In this document: piece by piece, positions 27,152 through 36,425 of the stretch | How the letters are laid out: every line of letters begins with the position of its first letter | How positions within the stretch are numbered: the first letter of the stretch is position 1 | DNA from: Kiritimatiellia bacterium | Lineage (GTDB): Bacteria > Verrucomicrobiota > Kiritimatiellia > RFP12 > UBA1067 | DNA: 38,314 nucleotides | Assembly: GCA_051884935.1 (NCBI GenBank) | Contig: JBJEWG010000222.1 | Location: 1 to 38,314 of the forward strand | Direction: 5' to 3' | Notes under the pieces: model-generated | Database searches by the model: none | What the model was told of the DNA's origin: nothing | What the model saw: only the letters and a program-made list of their open reading frames with translations | Made by a program: the position numbers and the translations under genes

Positions 27152-27946
27152 ATGCGTAAGAGCGTAGTCACGGCGCTGGCGGTCTGGGCGTCCGCCACCG
27201 TCCTTGGCGCCATCACGGGGTCGATTACCACCGATGGCGGGGTGACCCAGAAGGGCGTCATCCGCTGGAGCAACCGCGACAAGGCGTATGCCGTCACGAA
27301 GGGCAACGCCGAGATCCAGGTGAAGCCGGCGGAGGTGGCGGAGATCGAGATCGACAAGCCCGAGGGTTATGACGCCGCCGTGGAGATGGTGCTGAAGGGG
27401 CAGGGCGCCGCGGCGGCCCCGGCGCTCCAGAAGATCGTGAAGGAATACCAGCATCTGCAGTGGGACAAGATCGCGGGGCGCTATCTGGCCGAGGCCTATG
27501 TCTCGGCCGGTCAGCCGGAAGAGGGCCTGAAGGCCTGCGAGGCCATCATCTCGACGGATGCGTCGGCGGCCTACAAGGGCGAGCTCGCGCCGGCCTACTG
27601 GAACGCGCTTCTCGCGCTCGGGCGCAAGGCGAAGCTCGAGTCCACGCTTGAGAAGGCCGCCGGGAGCGGCGACCGCTTCTCGGCCGGCGCGGCGCTGATT
27701 CTGCGCGGCGACATCATCATGAAGGACGGTGCGGAGTCGAACGACGCCGCGCGGAAGGCCCTCACCGACGGCTATCTGCGCGTGGTCTTCCTGTACAACG
27801 ACGCCGAGATCGCGGCGCAGCTTCAGCCGGAGGCACTCTTCAAGGCGGCCCGCTGCTTCGAGAAGCTGGGCATGAGCGGCCGCGCGGACTCCATGCGCAC
27901 GCAGCTCAAGCAGAGCTATGCGTCGAGCCCCTGGGCGAGTCGTTGA
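27152..27946 (+). CDS. Secreted TPR protein with small N-terminal beta domain (start could be 27134, 27143 or 27152)
   Basis: Signal peptide MRKSVVTALAVWASATVLG; C-terminal YLRVVFLY...PEALFKAARCFEKLG...YASSPWA (YbgF/CpoB-like TPR end). Confidence 0.8.
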   Translation: MRKSVVTALAVWASATVLGAITGSITTDGGVTQKGVIRWSNRDKAYAVTKGNAEIQVKPAEVAEIEIDKPEGYDAAVEMVLKGQGAAAAPALQKIVKEYQHLQWDKIAGRYLAEAYVSAGQPEEGLKACEAIISTDASAAYKGELAPAYWNALLALGRKAKLESTLEKAAGSGDRFSAGAALILRGDIIMKDGAESNDAARKALTDGYLRVVFLYNDAEIAAQLQPEALFKAARCFEKLGMSGRADSMRTQLKQSYASSPWASR

Positions 27947-28008
27947 TCTTTCGTTTTGAACGTGTGAACGAGTTTCCAAACAAGTAGTTTCAAAAAAGGA
28001 ACAAGCAA

Positions 28009-28842
28009 ATGAACATGAAGAAGATCCAGAAGTCGATGATGGCCGCCGTGATGATGCTCGGTCTGGTTGTTGCTCCCGTCGCGGCGAACGTGGCGATGGC
28101 GCAGGAGGCGCCGGCCCAGCAGCAGGTTCAGGAGAGTGGCCTGGTGGGCCAGGACGGCAAGCCCGTCGATCCCAACCAGTCCAAGAAGTCCTCGGGCGGT
28201 TTCTTCGACATCGTCTTCGGCTCGGGCATCGTCGGCACGCTCCTCTGGCTCGCGCTGTTCCTCGACGGTGTGATGGCCATCTACTTCGCCGTTGACTGCT
28301 TCGTGCTCGTGAAGCCCCAGAAGCTGATGCCGGCCTCGCTGATCAGCAGTGTTCAGAGCGCGATGGCGGAGGGCGACGTGATGAAGGCCCTCAAGGCCTG
28401 CGAGAGCGAGCCCAGCGCGATGTCGAACATCCTCAGCACGGCGTTCCAGCACGTGGAGGATGGCTACGACGTCATTCAGGAAGCCGTCAACGGTGCGGCC
28501 GACCTTGAGACCGAGCGTCTGATGCAGCGGTTGACCTGGATTTCCGTGTGTTCGAACCTCGGCCCGTCCCTCGGTCTTCTCGGTACGGTGCAGGGTATGA
28601 TTCTGACGTTCCAGGCCCTCGCGCAGGGCGGCGCCGGCGATGCCTCGATGCTTGCGAACTCCATCGGCCAGGCCCTTTGGACGACGGCGGGCGGTCTGAT
28701 TGTCTCCATCCCGACGATCACGATCTTCTACTCGCTCCGCAACAAGGCGAACCGCCTGATCATGCGCATGACGGCGCTGACGATGGAGCTGTTGAAGGGT
28801 CTCCGCAACGTCGAGGTCGTTGACGAGAACGCGCAGTCCTGA
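28009..28842 (+). CDS. exbB: MotA/TolQ/ExbB proton channel family protein
   Basis: GPSLGLLGTVQGMI and IGQALWTTAGGLIVSIP TM motifs; N-terminal signal-like extension. Confidence 0.92.
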   Translation: MNMKKIQKSMMAAVMMLGLVVAPVAANVAMAQEAPAQQQVQESGLVGQDGKPVDPNQSKKSSGGFFDIVFGSGIVGTLLWLALFLDGVMAIYFAVDCFVLVKPQKLMPASLISSVQSAMAEGDVMKALKACESEPSAMSNILSTAFQHVEDGYDVIQEAVNGAADLETERLMQRLTWISVCSNLGPSLGLLGTVQGMILTFQALAQGGAGDASMLANSIGQALWTTAGGLIVSIPTITIFYSLRNKANRLIMRMTALTMELLKGLRNVEVVDENAQS

Positions 28843-28891
28843 TGAATCGGTTCAAAGGAGTCCCCAAAAGGACCTGAAAGGACCGTAGGAT

Positions 28892-29317
28892 ATGGCACGA
28901 AAGACCAACGAGAATCCGCAGCTTGACATGACGCCGATGATCGACGTCGTGTTCGAGCTGATCATCTTCTTCGTCGTGACGCTCACGCAGGCGAACGCCA
29001 AGGACGAGACGGTGAGGCTGGAGGACGGCAAGCACGGCATCGAGCTGACGCCGGACGAGCTGCCGCCCACGCATCTCATCGTCGATGTGGCCCGCACGGG
29101 GCGCATCTCCATGTGCGACGTGACGATCACCCCCGCCGAGCTGGGTCGCCGCGTGAAGGAGCGTATGCGCCGGTACGGGGAGTTCCCCGTGCTCATCCGC
29201 GCGGACTACCGCGCGAAGCACAAGGCCGTGTCGGAAGTGATGAATGCCTGCACGATGAATGGCATCTGGAAGCTTTCGTTCGTCGCGGTCTACGACCGCA
29301 AGAGCGAGCAGAGGTGA
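28892..29317 (+). CDS. exbD: ExbD/TolR biopolymer transporter
   Basis: DMTPMIDVVFELIIFF with the essential Asp; VLIRAD. Confidence 0.92.
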   Translation: MARKTNENPQLDMTPMIDVVFELIIFFVVTLTQANAKDETVRLEDGKHGIELTPDELPPTHLIVDVARTGRISMCDVTITPAELGRRVKERMRRYGEFPVLIRADYRAKHKAVSEVMNACTMNGIWKLSFVAVYDRKSEQR

Positions 29318-29327
29318 GGGGCCGCAG

Positions 29328-29723
29328 ATGGCACGTAAAGCACAGGAAAATCCACAACTTGACATGACGCCGATGATTGACGTCGTGTTCGAGTTGATCA
29401 TCTTCTTCGTGGTCACGATCAAGCAGGAGGATTTGTTCTCCAAGCTCAACGCGAACCGTCCGGCCCCGAATTCGGCGCCGTCGACGAGCGAAGAAAACGA
29501 CAACCAGATCAAGATCGACATTGGCCCCCGCGGCATGGTCTTCAACGGCCGCGGCGTCTCGCTCAAGGAATTGGACCAGAACATCAAGCAGCTCTCCGTG
29601 ACGTCGAAGAAATCGACGGTGCTTGTGCGCTGCACGATGGATTCGCCCCACAAGTTCCTGGTGGATGCGCTGGACACCTGCAACAAGTACGGGATGTACA
29701 ATCTGTCGATCTTCAGCATGTGA
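29328..29723 (+). CDS. exbD: Second ExbD/TolR biopolymer transporter
   Basis: Same TM motif; start taken at ATG 29328 by homology with the first copy and SD GAGG. Confidence 0.9.
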   Translation: MARKAQENPQLDMTPMIDVVFELIIFFVVTIKQEDLFSKLNANRPAPNSAPSTSEENDNQIKIDIGPRGMVFNGRGVSLKELDQNIKQLSVTSKKSTVLVRCTMDSPHKFLVDALDTCNKYGMYNLSIFSM

Positions 29724-29776
29724 GTGTAATTGGTTCAGTATAGATTTAAGGGAGAGGAAAGGAGGAACTTCGCGAA

Positions 29777-31537
29777 ATGGACACGATCGACGAGGAACAG
29801 ATGAAGGAACTTCTGAAGGAGGAGATGGCCAAGTACGAGGACGACGGCTATTTCAAGCGCCTTCTCAAGATGTTCGCGGGGCTTGGCAAACCACGCAATA
29901 CGCCCGAATACAAGAACGCCATCACGGAGCTGCAGCGCCAGGTGGCGCCGCTTCTGGCGATTCTGCTGCCGTTGATGTTCGTCGTGACGCTCTTCGTCGT
30001 GACGGCCGTTTCCGGTGACGGGAAGAAGGAGCTCAAGGTCGAGATCGTTCAGGCCGACCAGCAGGAGGACACGCTCGAGGAGATTGAGACGCCGCCGGAG
30101 ACGGAGCCGCCACCCGAGACCGACATCGAGGTTGAGGTTGACGTGCCGTCGATGAATCCGACGGAGGTGGCGACCGAGACGCCCGCTCAGACTGCGGAGC
30201 CGCAGTCCGTGAAGGTTGCCTCCGTGGACGCCATGCTCAACATCAAGAGCCCGGTCGTGATGACGTCCGTTCTCGGATCGGATCGCGCCTCTGGTGTTCG
30301 TGGCGTGCTGACGGGTGGTGGTGCCCAGTACGGCGATGCCGTGACGGAAGCCGCCGTGCTGAAGGCCCTTCGCTGGCTAAAGGCGACGCAGGCTCCTGAT
30401 GGATCCTGGGGCACGAAGCCCGAGCTGGGCTTGAAGAAGGGCATGGACAAGGCCGCCGGCGCGGGGTTCGCGATTCTCACGTTCCTCGCCCACGGTGAGA
30501 CGCCGACCTCCAAGGAGTTTGGCCCCACCGTGCAGAAGGCGCTCGACTACCTGATCAACAGCGTCTATGTCGTGAAGGACAAGGCCGGTAAGGAGGTCAA
30601 GGACCCGAACGGCAACACGCCCTACATCAAGATGAGCGGCGCGGGCGGTAGTGAATATGGCTTCCTGATTGGCACCTACGCCCTCTGCGAGGCCTACGGC
30701 ATGACCAAGAATCCGAATGCCCGCGAAGCTGCCGAGAAGACACTCGGGCGCATCATCAGCGGCCAGACGGCGACGGGTGGCTGGAACTACAACATGGCGC
30801 GCGTCACGAAGGACGCCCCGGACGACATCTCCTTCGGCGGCTGGGCCATGCAGGCGCTGAAGGCCGGCAAGATGGCCGGCATCCATCTGCAGGGGCAGGA
30901 GGAGTGCATCAAGAAGGCGGTCAAGTGCCTTCAGAAGCGTAACTACTCCGAGAAGGCGGGCTTCGTCTATCGCGCGACCACCAACCACAAGGGCGGTGGC
31001 GGCGGTCTGGGCGGCGTTGGCTGCCTCGCGATGCAGCTGCTGGGCTATGCCAAGGAACCCGAGGTCGCCAACGCGCTGAACGTGATGAAGGACTGGAAGC
31101 CGTCTCTCGACAAGGAGTATTCCTATGCGCCGCCCGGCACGCGCCACAACCCGCAGTACTACTGCTACTACGCCGCGCAGTGCAAGTATCAGGCCGGCAT
31201 GTGCAAGGGCGCGACGCCGGCGAACTTCACGCTCTGGAAGAAGTGGAATGCCGAGATGAAGGCGCTCTATCCAAAGTCCATCATCACCATTACGGACAAG
31301 TCTGGGCAGCCGGTGATGATCAAGGACGCGACCGGCAAGGATTGTCCGATGGGGCGCTGGGAGAACAAGGATACCTACAACTATGACGTGATGGGCACGT
31401 GCCTTGCCGCGTTGCAGTTGATGGTGTACTACCGCTATCTGCCGACGACGTCCCTCAAGGCGACCGAAGTCGAGGTGGATATCGAGTCCCTCTCGAAGGA
31501 CAAGAGTGGCGAGATCAGCGTCTCCATCGACATCTGA
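29777..31537 (+). CDS. Membrane-anchored prenyltransferase/squalene oxidase repeat (alpha/alpha toroid) protein with acidic Pro-rich linker
   Basis: Single TM (PLLAILLPLMFVVTLFVV), linker EEIETPPETEPPPETDIEVEV, QW-like repeats ALRWLKATQAPDGSW and ISGQTATGGWNY; no DxDD motif seen. Confidence 0.8.
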   Translation: MDTIDEEQMKELLKEEMAKYEDDGYFKRLLKMFAGLGKPRNTPEYKNAITELQRQVAPLLAILLPLMFVVTLFVVTAVSGDGKKELKVEIVQADQQEDTLEEIETPPETEPPPETDIEVEVDVPSMNPTEVATETPAQTAEPQSVKVASVDAMLNIKSPVVMTSVLGSDRASGVRGVLTGGGAQYGDAVTEAAVLKALRWLKATQAPDGSWGTKPELGLKKGMDKAAGAGFAILTFLAHGETPTSKEFGPTVQKALDYLINSVYVVKDKAGKEVKDPNGNTPYIKMSGAGGSEYGFLIGTYALCEAYGMTKNPNAREAAEKTLGRIISGQTATGGWNYNMARVTKDAPDDISFGGWAMQALKAGKMAGIHLQGQEECIKKAVKCLQKRNYSEKAGFVYRATTNHKGGGGGLGGVGCLAMQLLGYAKEPEVANALNVMKDWKPSLDKEYSYAPPGTRHNPQYYCYYAAQCKYQAGMCKGATPANFTLWKKWNAEMKALYPKSIITITDKSGQPVMIKDATGKDCPMGRWENKDTYNYDVMGTCLAALQLMVYYRYLPTTSLKATEVEVDIESLSKDKSGEISVSIDI

Positions 31538-31584
31538 CCCATTCGGCCATCAAGGGGCAGGGGTGAGAAGAAGAGACCCGCAGC

Positions 31585-32811
31585 ATGCCGTTTAGCCTTT
31601 TTCTCGCACTCAAATATCTGAAGCCGAAGCGCAGCGTGACCTCCGTGATCACCTGCGTTTCGGTTTTGGGCGTTCTTCTGGGCGTGGCCGTCGTGATCAT
31701 CGTCCGGGCCGTGATGACGGGCTTTGGCGATCTCTGGGAGAAGAAGATACTCGACTTCAAGCCGCATGTCTCGCTCTCGACCTACGGCGGTGGGCGCGTC
31801 ATCGCGGACGAGGACGATCTGGTGAAGAAGCTGGAGGCCCTCCCCGGAGTCGTCTCGGTGACGCCGGAGATCGACACGCGCGTGATGCTGGAGTATCGCG
31901 GCCGCATCACGGCACCCGTCGTTCTGGGCGTGGACCCGGATCGGTTCCTCCAGGCCTATCAGGTGGGGGCCCCCCGCGCCGGGGAATACGACCTCGCAGG
32001 CGATTCCATTATCCTCGGCGTTGATCTGGCCCGATCCCTGGGGGTGTGGGTCGGCGACGACGTTACGGTTTATTCGCCGAAGACGCTCACCGCACGCGAC
32101 GAGATCTATCTGCCGCTGAAGTGGCGCGTGACGGGAATCTTCTCCTCTGGGCAGCGTGACTACGATTCGGGATTCTGCGCCTGTTCGCTCGCGAATGCAC
32201 GCGATTTGATGGGGCTTGAACGGGGCGTCTTCGCGATTCACGTGAAGACTGCGGAGCCGGGGAACGTGCCCGTCTTCGACGCGCTCTGCGGACAGATCCG
32301 CGAACTGGCCCCCTCCTGCCGCGTCGTCACCTGGCGGGAGGCGGATCGCGAGCTCTTCAATGCCCTGGCCGTCGAGAAGAACATGACGGCCCTTCTGCTG
32401 ATGCTTATCACGATTGTCGCGCTGTTCTGCGTGATGAACACGCTTCTCGTGCTGACGGTGCAGAAGACGCCCGAGATCGGCCTGCTCAAGGCCCTTGGAT
32501 TCCCGAAGATGAAGATCATGGGCGCGTTCGTCGTCCATGGGCTCGTTCAGGTCACGACGGGGACTCTGCTCGGGTTGGCGGCGGCCTACGCGATTCTCGG
32601 GAACTTGCAGAACATCGTCGATCAGTTGGCGCGCCTGGGCGTACAGGTGTTCCCCAAATCGGTCTATGGCCTTGATTCAATCCCCTCCCGCCTGGTCGCC
32701 TCGGATGTGGTGTGGGTGGTCGTGATCGTCTACGTCTTCGGGTTGCTCGCGTCCTTGATCCCCGCATTTCTCGCGGCGTCGAAGAATCCGGTCGAAGCGC
32801 TTGGGAAGTAA
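31585..32811 (+). CDS. lolE: LolC/E-type (MacB/FtsX family) ABC transporter permease
   Basis: FLALKYLK, LGVAVVIIVRAVMTGF, periplasmic domain, LFNALAVEK, EIGLLKALG, SLIPAFLAASKNPVEAL. Confidence 0.88.
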   Translation: MPFSLFLALKYLKPKRSVTSVITCVSVLGVLLGVAVVIIVRAVMTGFGDLWEKKILDFKPHVSLSTYGGGRVIADEDDLVKKLEALPGVVSVTPEIDTRVMLEYRGRITAPVVLGVDPDRFLQAYQVGAPRAGEYDLAGDSIILGVDLARSLGVWVGDDVTVYSPKTLTARDEIYLPLKWRVTGIFSSGQRDYDSGFCACSLANARDLMGLERGVFAIHVKTAEPGNVPVFDALCGQIRELAPSCRVVTWREADRELFNALAVEKNMTALLLMLITIVALFCVMNTLLVLTVQKTPEIGLLKALGFPKMKIMGAFVVHGLVQVTTGTLLGLAAAYAILGNLQNIVDQLARLGVQVFPKSVYGLDSIPSRLVASDVVWVVVIVYVFGLLASLIPAFLAASKNPVEALGK

Positions 32812-32861
32812 TGGACCGCGGGGCGCAGAGTCAAGGTTGAACGAAGAGGTGGAACGCGCGG

Positions 32862-33536
32862 ATGGCACTGCTTGAAGTCCAGAATCTTGTGAAGGAGTAC
32901 AAGCTCCCCGGTCAGAAGCCGATTCGGGTGCTGGACGGGGTGTCGTTTGCCGTGGAGGCGGGTGAGCACGTTGCCGTCGTCGGCCGCTCGGGGGCGGGCA
33001 AGACGACGCTCCTCAATGTGCTGGGCGGGCTCGACGCGCCGACGGCGGGCGACGTGCTTCTCGACGGCCAGTCGCTTTTCCGTGGCTGGCGGTCGGCGGC
33101 GCGCCGCACGCATCTGCGGGCCACGCGGATGGGGTTCGTGTTCCAGAGTTTTCACCTCATGCCCGAGCTGGACATCGTCGAGAACGTGATGCTGGCGACG
33201 ATGACGGGGCGTGTCAGCCGCGCGGGGGCGCGGACGCGGGCGTGCGAGCTGTTGGCGCGGGTGGGGCTTTCCGATCGTCTGGGCCATCTCCCCGCAGAGC
33301 TTTCCGGCGGCGAGCAGCAGCGCGTCGCCCTGGCGCGCGCGCTGATGTGCCGTCCCGAGATCGTCTTCGCGGACGAGCCCACGGGGAATCTGGACGCGCT
33401 GACGGGCGCCGAAATCCTCAAGCTGCTTTTCGAGGTCAATGACGCGCCCCTCGCGTGCGTGATGGTGACGCATTCCGCCGGGGCCGCTGCGCGTTGTGAC
33501 CGCACACTCACCTTGAACAAGGGAAGGATGGCGTAA
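32862..33536 (+). CDS. lolD: LolD-type ABC transporter ATP-binding protein
   Basis: Walker A GRSGAGKT, GFVFQSFHL, LSGGEQQRVALARAL, ADEPTGNLD, VTH. Confidence 0.9.
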   Translation: MALLEVQNLVKEYKLPGQKPIRVLDGVSFAVEAGEHVAVVGRSGAGKTTLLNVLGGLDAPTAGDVLLDGQSLFRGWRSAARRTHLRATRMGFVFQSFHLMPELDIVENVMLATMTGRVSRAGARTRACELLARVGLSDRLGHLPAELSGGEQQRVALARALMCRPEIVFADEPTGNLDALTGAEILKLLFEVNDAPLACVMVTHSAGAAARCDRTLTLNKGRMA

Positions 33537-35389
33537 TGGAGAGACTGGAGATGCAGGCGGATATCGTCGTGACGGGGTTTGGCCCCGCCGCCGCAGGTTT
33601 TCTCACGACGATCGGCCCGGCGCTCGCGCAGACGAAGGAAGACGGCACGCCGCTCTACGAGTCGAAGGTGATGCCGGGCGCTCCGCTTCAGGTGATGTGC
33701 TACGAGCGGGCCGACGACCCGGGCTTTGGCGTTTCCGGCATCGTGACGCGCGCCGAGGCGATTCGCCGGTCGTTCCCCGATCTCGACCTCACGCAGGAGA
33801 TCCCGAACTGCACCGCCGTCGGCAAGGAGCACACGGCCTACCTGTTCGACACGATCGGCGCCTCGAAGCGGACCTTCTCCACGCGGGTCATGGATTTCTG
33901 CTTCAAGCTCGGCGGCCTCGTGATGAAGGGCGGCCAGTGGAATGCGCGCGAGCTGCCGTTCACGCCGCCGTTTATGGACAAGCGCGGCGGGCTCGTGATG
34001 TCCATGGGGCCCTTCATGACCTGGGCGTCGCAGAAGGTGATGGAATCCGGCCTGATGGTGATGCCCGGCACGCCCGTCGTGGAGCCGCTCTTCGCGGGTG
34101 ATCGGGTTGTGGGTGTGCGGCTGGCGGATCAGGGCGTCGAGAAGGACGGCACGCCGATGGAGGGGGCCTACATGCCCGGCATGGACGTCAAGGCCGCCTT
34201 GACGGTTGTCGCGGATGGCCCCGTGGGGGCCGTCGGCCGCGCGCTGAACGCGAAGTTCGGCCTCCCGAAGGGCCATCACCAGTACGACTGGGGCGTGGGC
34301 ATGAAGGCCGTGGTGCAGCTGCCCGAGACGTGTGACCTCGAACCTGGCACGGTGATCCACACGCTGGGCTTCCCCGAGCCGGAGATATTCGGGTTCCTCT
34401 ACGTCTACCCGAACCGAACGGCCTCGCTCGGCATCTTCGTGGCGCCGTGGCAGGATACGCCCGTCCGCACGACCTATCGCTACCTCCAGCACTGGATGCA
34501 GCATCCGTACATCTGGCGCCACGTCAAGGGCGGCAAGCTGCTCAGCTGGGGCGCGAAGTCCCTTCAGGAAAGCGGGCAGGAGGGCGAGCCGTTCCTTTGC
34601 GGCGACGGCTACGCGCGGATCGGCGAGGGCTCCGGCACGACCGACGTGCTGGCGAACGCGGGCGTTGACGAGGCGTGGGAGAGCGGTGTTCAGTTGGCGC
34701 AGGCGGTGCTGAAGCTTCTGCGAGAGGGCAAGGATTTCACGAAGGCCAACCTCGAAGCCACCTATGTGGCGGACCGCCGGGCCTCGGCGCTGAACGCGCG
34801 GCTGAAGAAGGCCACGGGCGCGCGCAACGGGTTCAACAAGTCCTTCTTCTGGGGCATGGTCGGCGAGGGGCTGCGCGGAATGTTCGGTCTTGCGCTGCCG
34901 TTCCGCAGCGTGCCGCCGGCCACGCGCGTTCCCACGCTTGAAGAGGCCATGCGGGGCCGCGCGTGTGACCGCGAGAAGCTGCGCGCCGGCGTGGAGGCGG
35001 CCGAGAAGGCGCGCAAGCCGCTTCACGACGCGGTGATGGATGCCTGCGGCTGGCCGGCGATTCCCTACGACGGCGAACTGCTGATGCAGCATCAGGACGC
35101 GCTGCTGCTGGGCGGCAAGGTGCAGGCGGCGCCGGGCTTCGCGGACCACGTGACGTTCGTAGACCCCGCGCTCTGCGCGGCCTGCACGAAGCGCACCTGC
35201 GTCGAGATATGCTCCGCACAGGCGCTGATGCCCTCCGAGGAGCCGGGCGGCGTGCCGAAGTTCGACCGGGAGAAGTGCGTCCACTGCGGCGCGTGCATCT
35301 GGAACTGCGCGTGTCTCGTGCCGGGCACGGACCACGGCAACATCGTGTTCGGGGCCGGGTCCGGCGGGCTCCACTCGAACGAGAACTGA
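33536..35389 (+). CDS. ETF:quinone oxidoreductase-like flavoprotein (FixC-like domain fused to FixX-like ferredoxin)
   Basis: DIVVTGFGPA, VVGVRLADQGVEKDG, LTVVADG, GFLY, WGAKSLQE; C-terminal CxxCxxxxCxxxC and CVHCGACIWNC; TAATG overlap with lolD. Confidence 0.85.
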   Translation: MERLEMQADIVVTGFGPAAAGFLTTIGPALAQTKEDGTPLYESKVMPGAPLQVMCYERADDPGFGVSGIVTRAEAIRRSFPDLDLTQEIPNCTAVGKEHTAYLFDTIGASKRTFSTRVMDFCFKLGGLVMKGGQWNARELPFTPPFMDKRGGLVMSMGPFMTWASQKVMESGLMVMPGTPVVEPLFAGDRVVGVRLADQGVEKDGTPMEGAYMPGMDVKAALTVVADGPVGAVGRALNAKFGLPKGHHQYDWGVGMKAVVQLPETCDLEPGTVIHTLGFPEPEIFGFLYVYPNRTASLGIFVAPWQDTPVRTTYRYLQHWMQHPYIWRHVKGGKLLSWGAKSLQESGQEGEPFLCGDGYARIGEGSGTTDVLANAGVDEAWESGVQLAQAVLKLLREGKDFTKANLEATYVADRRASALNARLKKATGARNGFNKSFFWGMVGEGLRGMFGLALPFRSVPPATRVPTLEEAMRGRACDREKLRAGVEAAEKARKPLHDAVMDACGWPAIPYDGELLMQHQDALLLGGKVQAAPGFADHVTFVDPALCAACTKRTCVEICSAQALMPSEEPGGVPKFDREKCVHCGACIWNCACLVPGTDHGNIVFGAGSGGLHSNEN

Positions 35390-35425
35390 TCGAGCTCCGG
35401 CTCAAAGATTCCAAAGGAGGTCTGA

Positions 35426-36334
35426 ATGAAGCGCATCTTCCTGTTTCTGGCTCTGAACTTCGCCGTCATGCTGGCCATGATGGTGGTCTTCCACGTCGTC
35501 TGCGCGTTTCTGGGCATCGACCCGAACGCGGCGTTTGTACATTCCGGCGGACTTGACCTCAAGTCGCTGGCGGTCTTCTCCCTCGTCTGGGGCATGGGGG
35601 GTGGATTCATCTCGCTGCTGCTCTCGAAGCAGATGGCGAAGTGGTCCGTGGGGGCGCGGACGATCGACGGCACGGAAGGAGAGGCCGAGCGGTGGCTCGT
35701 CGATACGGTTCGCTCCCTCGCCGAGCGCGCGAACGTCAAGATGCCCGAGGTGGCGATCTACCACGGGCCCGCCAACGCCTTCGCGACCGGTGCCTTCCGG
35801 AACCACGCCCTCGTCGCCGTCTCGGACAGCATCATGGGCCAGATGACGCGGGAGGAGCTGCGCGCCGTGCTGGGCCACGAGATGAGCCACGTCGCGAACG
35901 GCGACATGGTGACGATGACGCTTCTTCAGGGCGTGCTCAACGCCTGCGTCCTCTTCCTGGCGCGCGTTCTCGCCTTCCTGGTCTCGAACGCCCTTGCGGG
36001 GAAAGACCGGGATGACCGCCGCGGCGGTTCGCGGGGCGTCTACTATCTCGTCTACTATGTGCTGCAGATCGCGCTGGGCATCGTCGCCTCCATCGTCGCG
36101 ATGTGGTATTCGCGGCATCGCGAATTCGCGGCGGATGCCGGAAGCGCCAACCTGCTGGGTTCGCCGTCGTCGATGATCGCGGCGCTGCGGCGCCTCGGGA
36201 ACCTCGAACCGGGCGTGCTGCCGGATTCCATCAAGGCGTTCGGCATCGGCGGCGGCACCACCTCCCTCTTCGCCACCCATCCCTCCCTTGAGGCCCGCAT
36301 CGAGGCCCTTGAACGCCTTCAGCGCGGCGTCTAG
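35426..36334 (+). CDS. htpX: Protease HtpX (M48)
   Basis: MKRIFLFL, NAFATG, HEMSH zinc motif, ANGDMVTMTLLQG, SRHREFAAD, FATHPSL. Confidence 0.95.
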   Translation: MKRIFLFLALNFAVMLAMMVVFHVVCAFLGIDPNAAFVHSGGLDLKSLAVFSLVWGMGGGFISLLLSKQMAKWSVGARTIDGTEGEAERWLVDTVRSLAERANVKMPEVAIYHGPANAFATGAFRNHALVAVSDSIMGQMTREELRAVLGHEMSHVANGDMVTMTLLQGVLNACVLFLARVLAFLVSNALAGKDRDDRRGGSRGVYYLVYYVLQIALGIVASIVAMWYSRHREFAADAGSANLLGSPSSMIAALRRLGNLEPGVLPDSIKAFGIGGGTTSLFATHPSLEARIEALERLQRGV

Positions 36335-36360
36335 GGAATTTCGGTTTACCTTTTTTCCCC

Positions 36361-36389
36361 TTGCGCGCGGGCGGGGGCTATGATATACT
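36361..36389 (+). promoter_or_regulatory. sigma70 promoter of rpsP-rplS (TTGCGC-17-TATACT, extended TG)
   Basis: Hexamers at 36361-36366 and 36384-36389. Confidence 0.65.
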
Positions 36390-36425
36390 GCGCGGCGTTT
36401 TTCAACGAAACGAGGTTACAAGAAG

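Noticed and set aside
29777..31537. Squalene-hopene cyclase / hopanoid gene
   Set aside because: No DxDD catalytic motif, apparently only one toroid domain, N-terminal TM and linker, no hpn context
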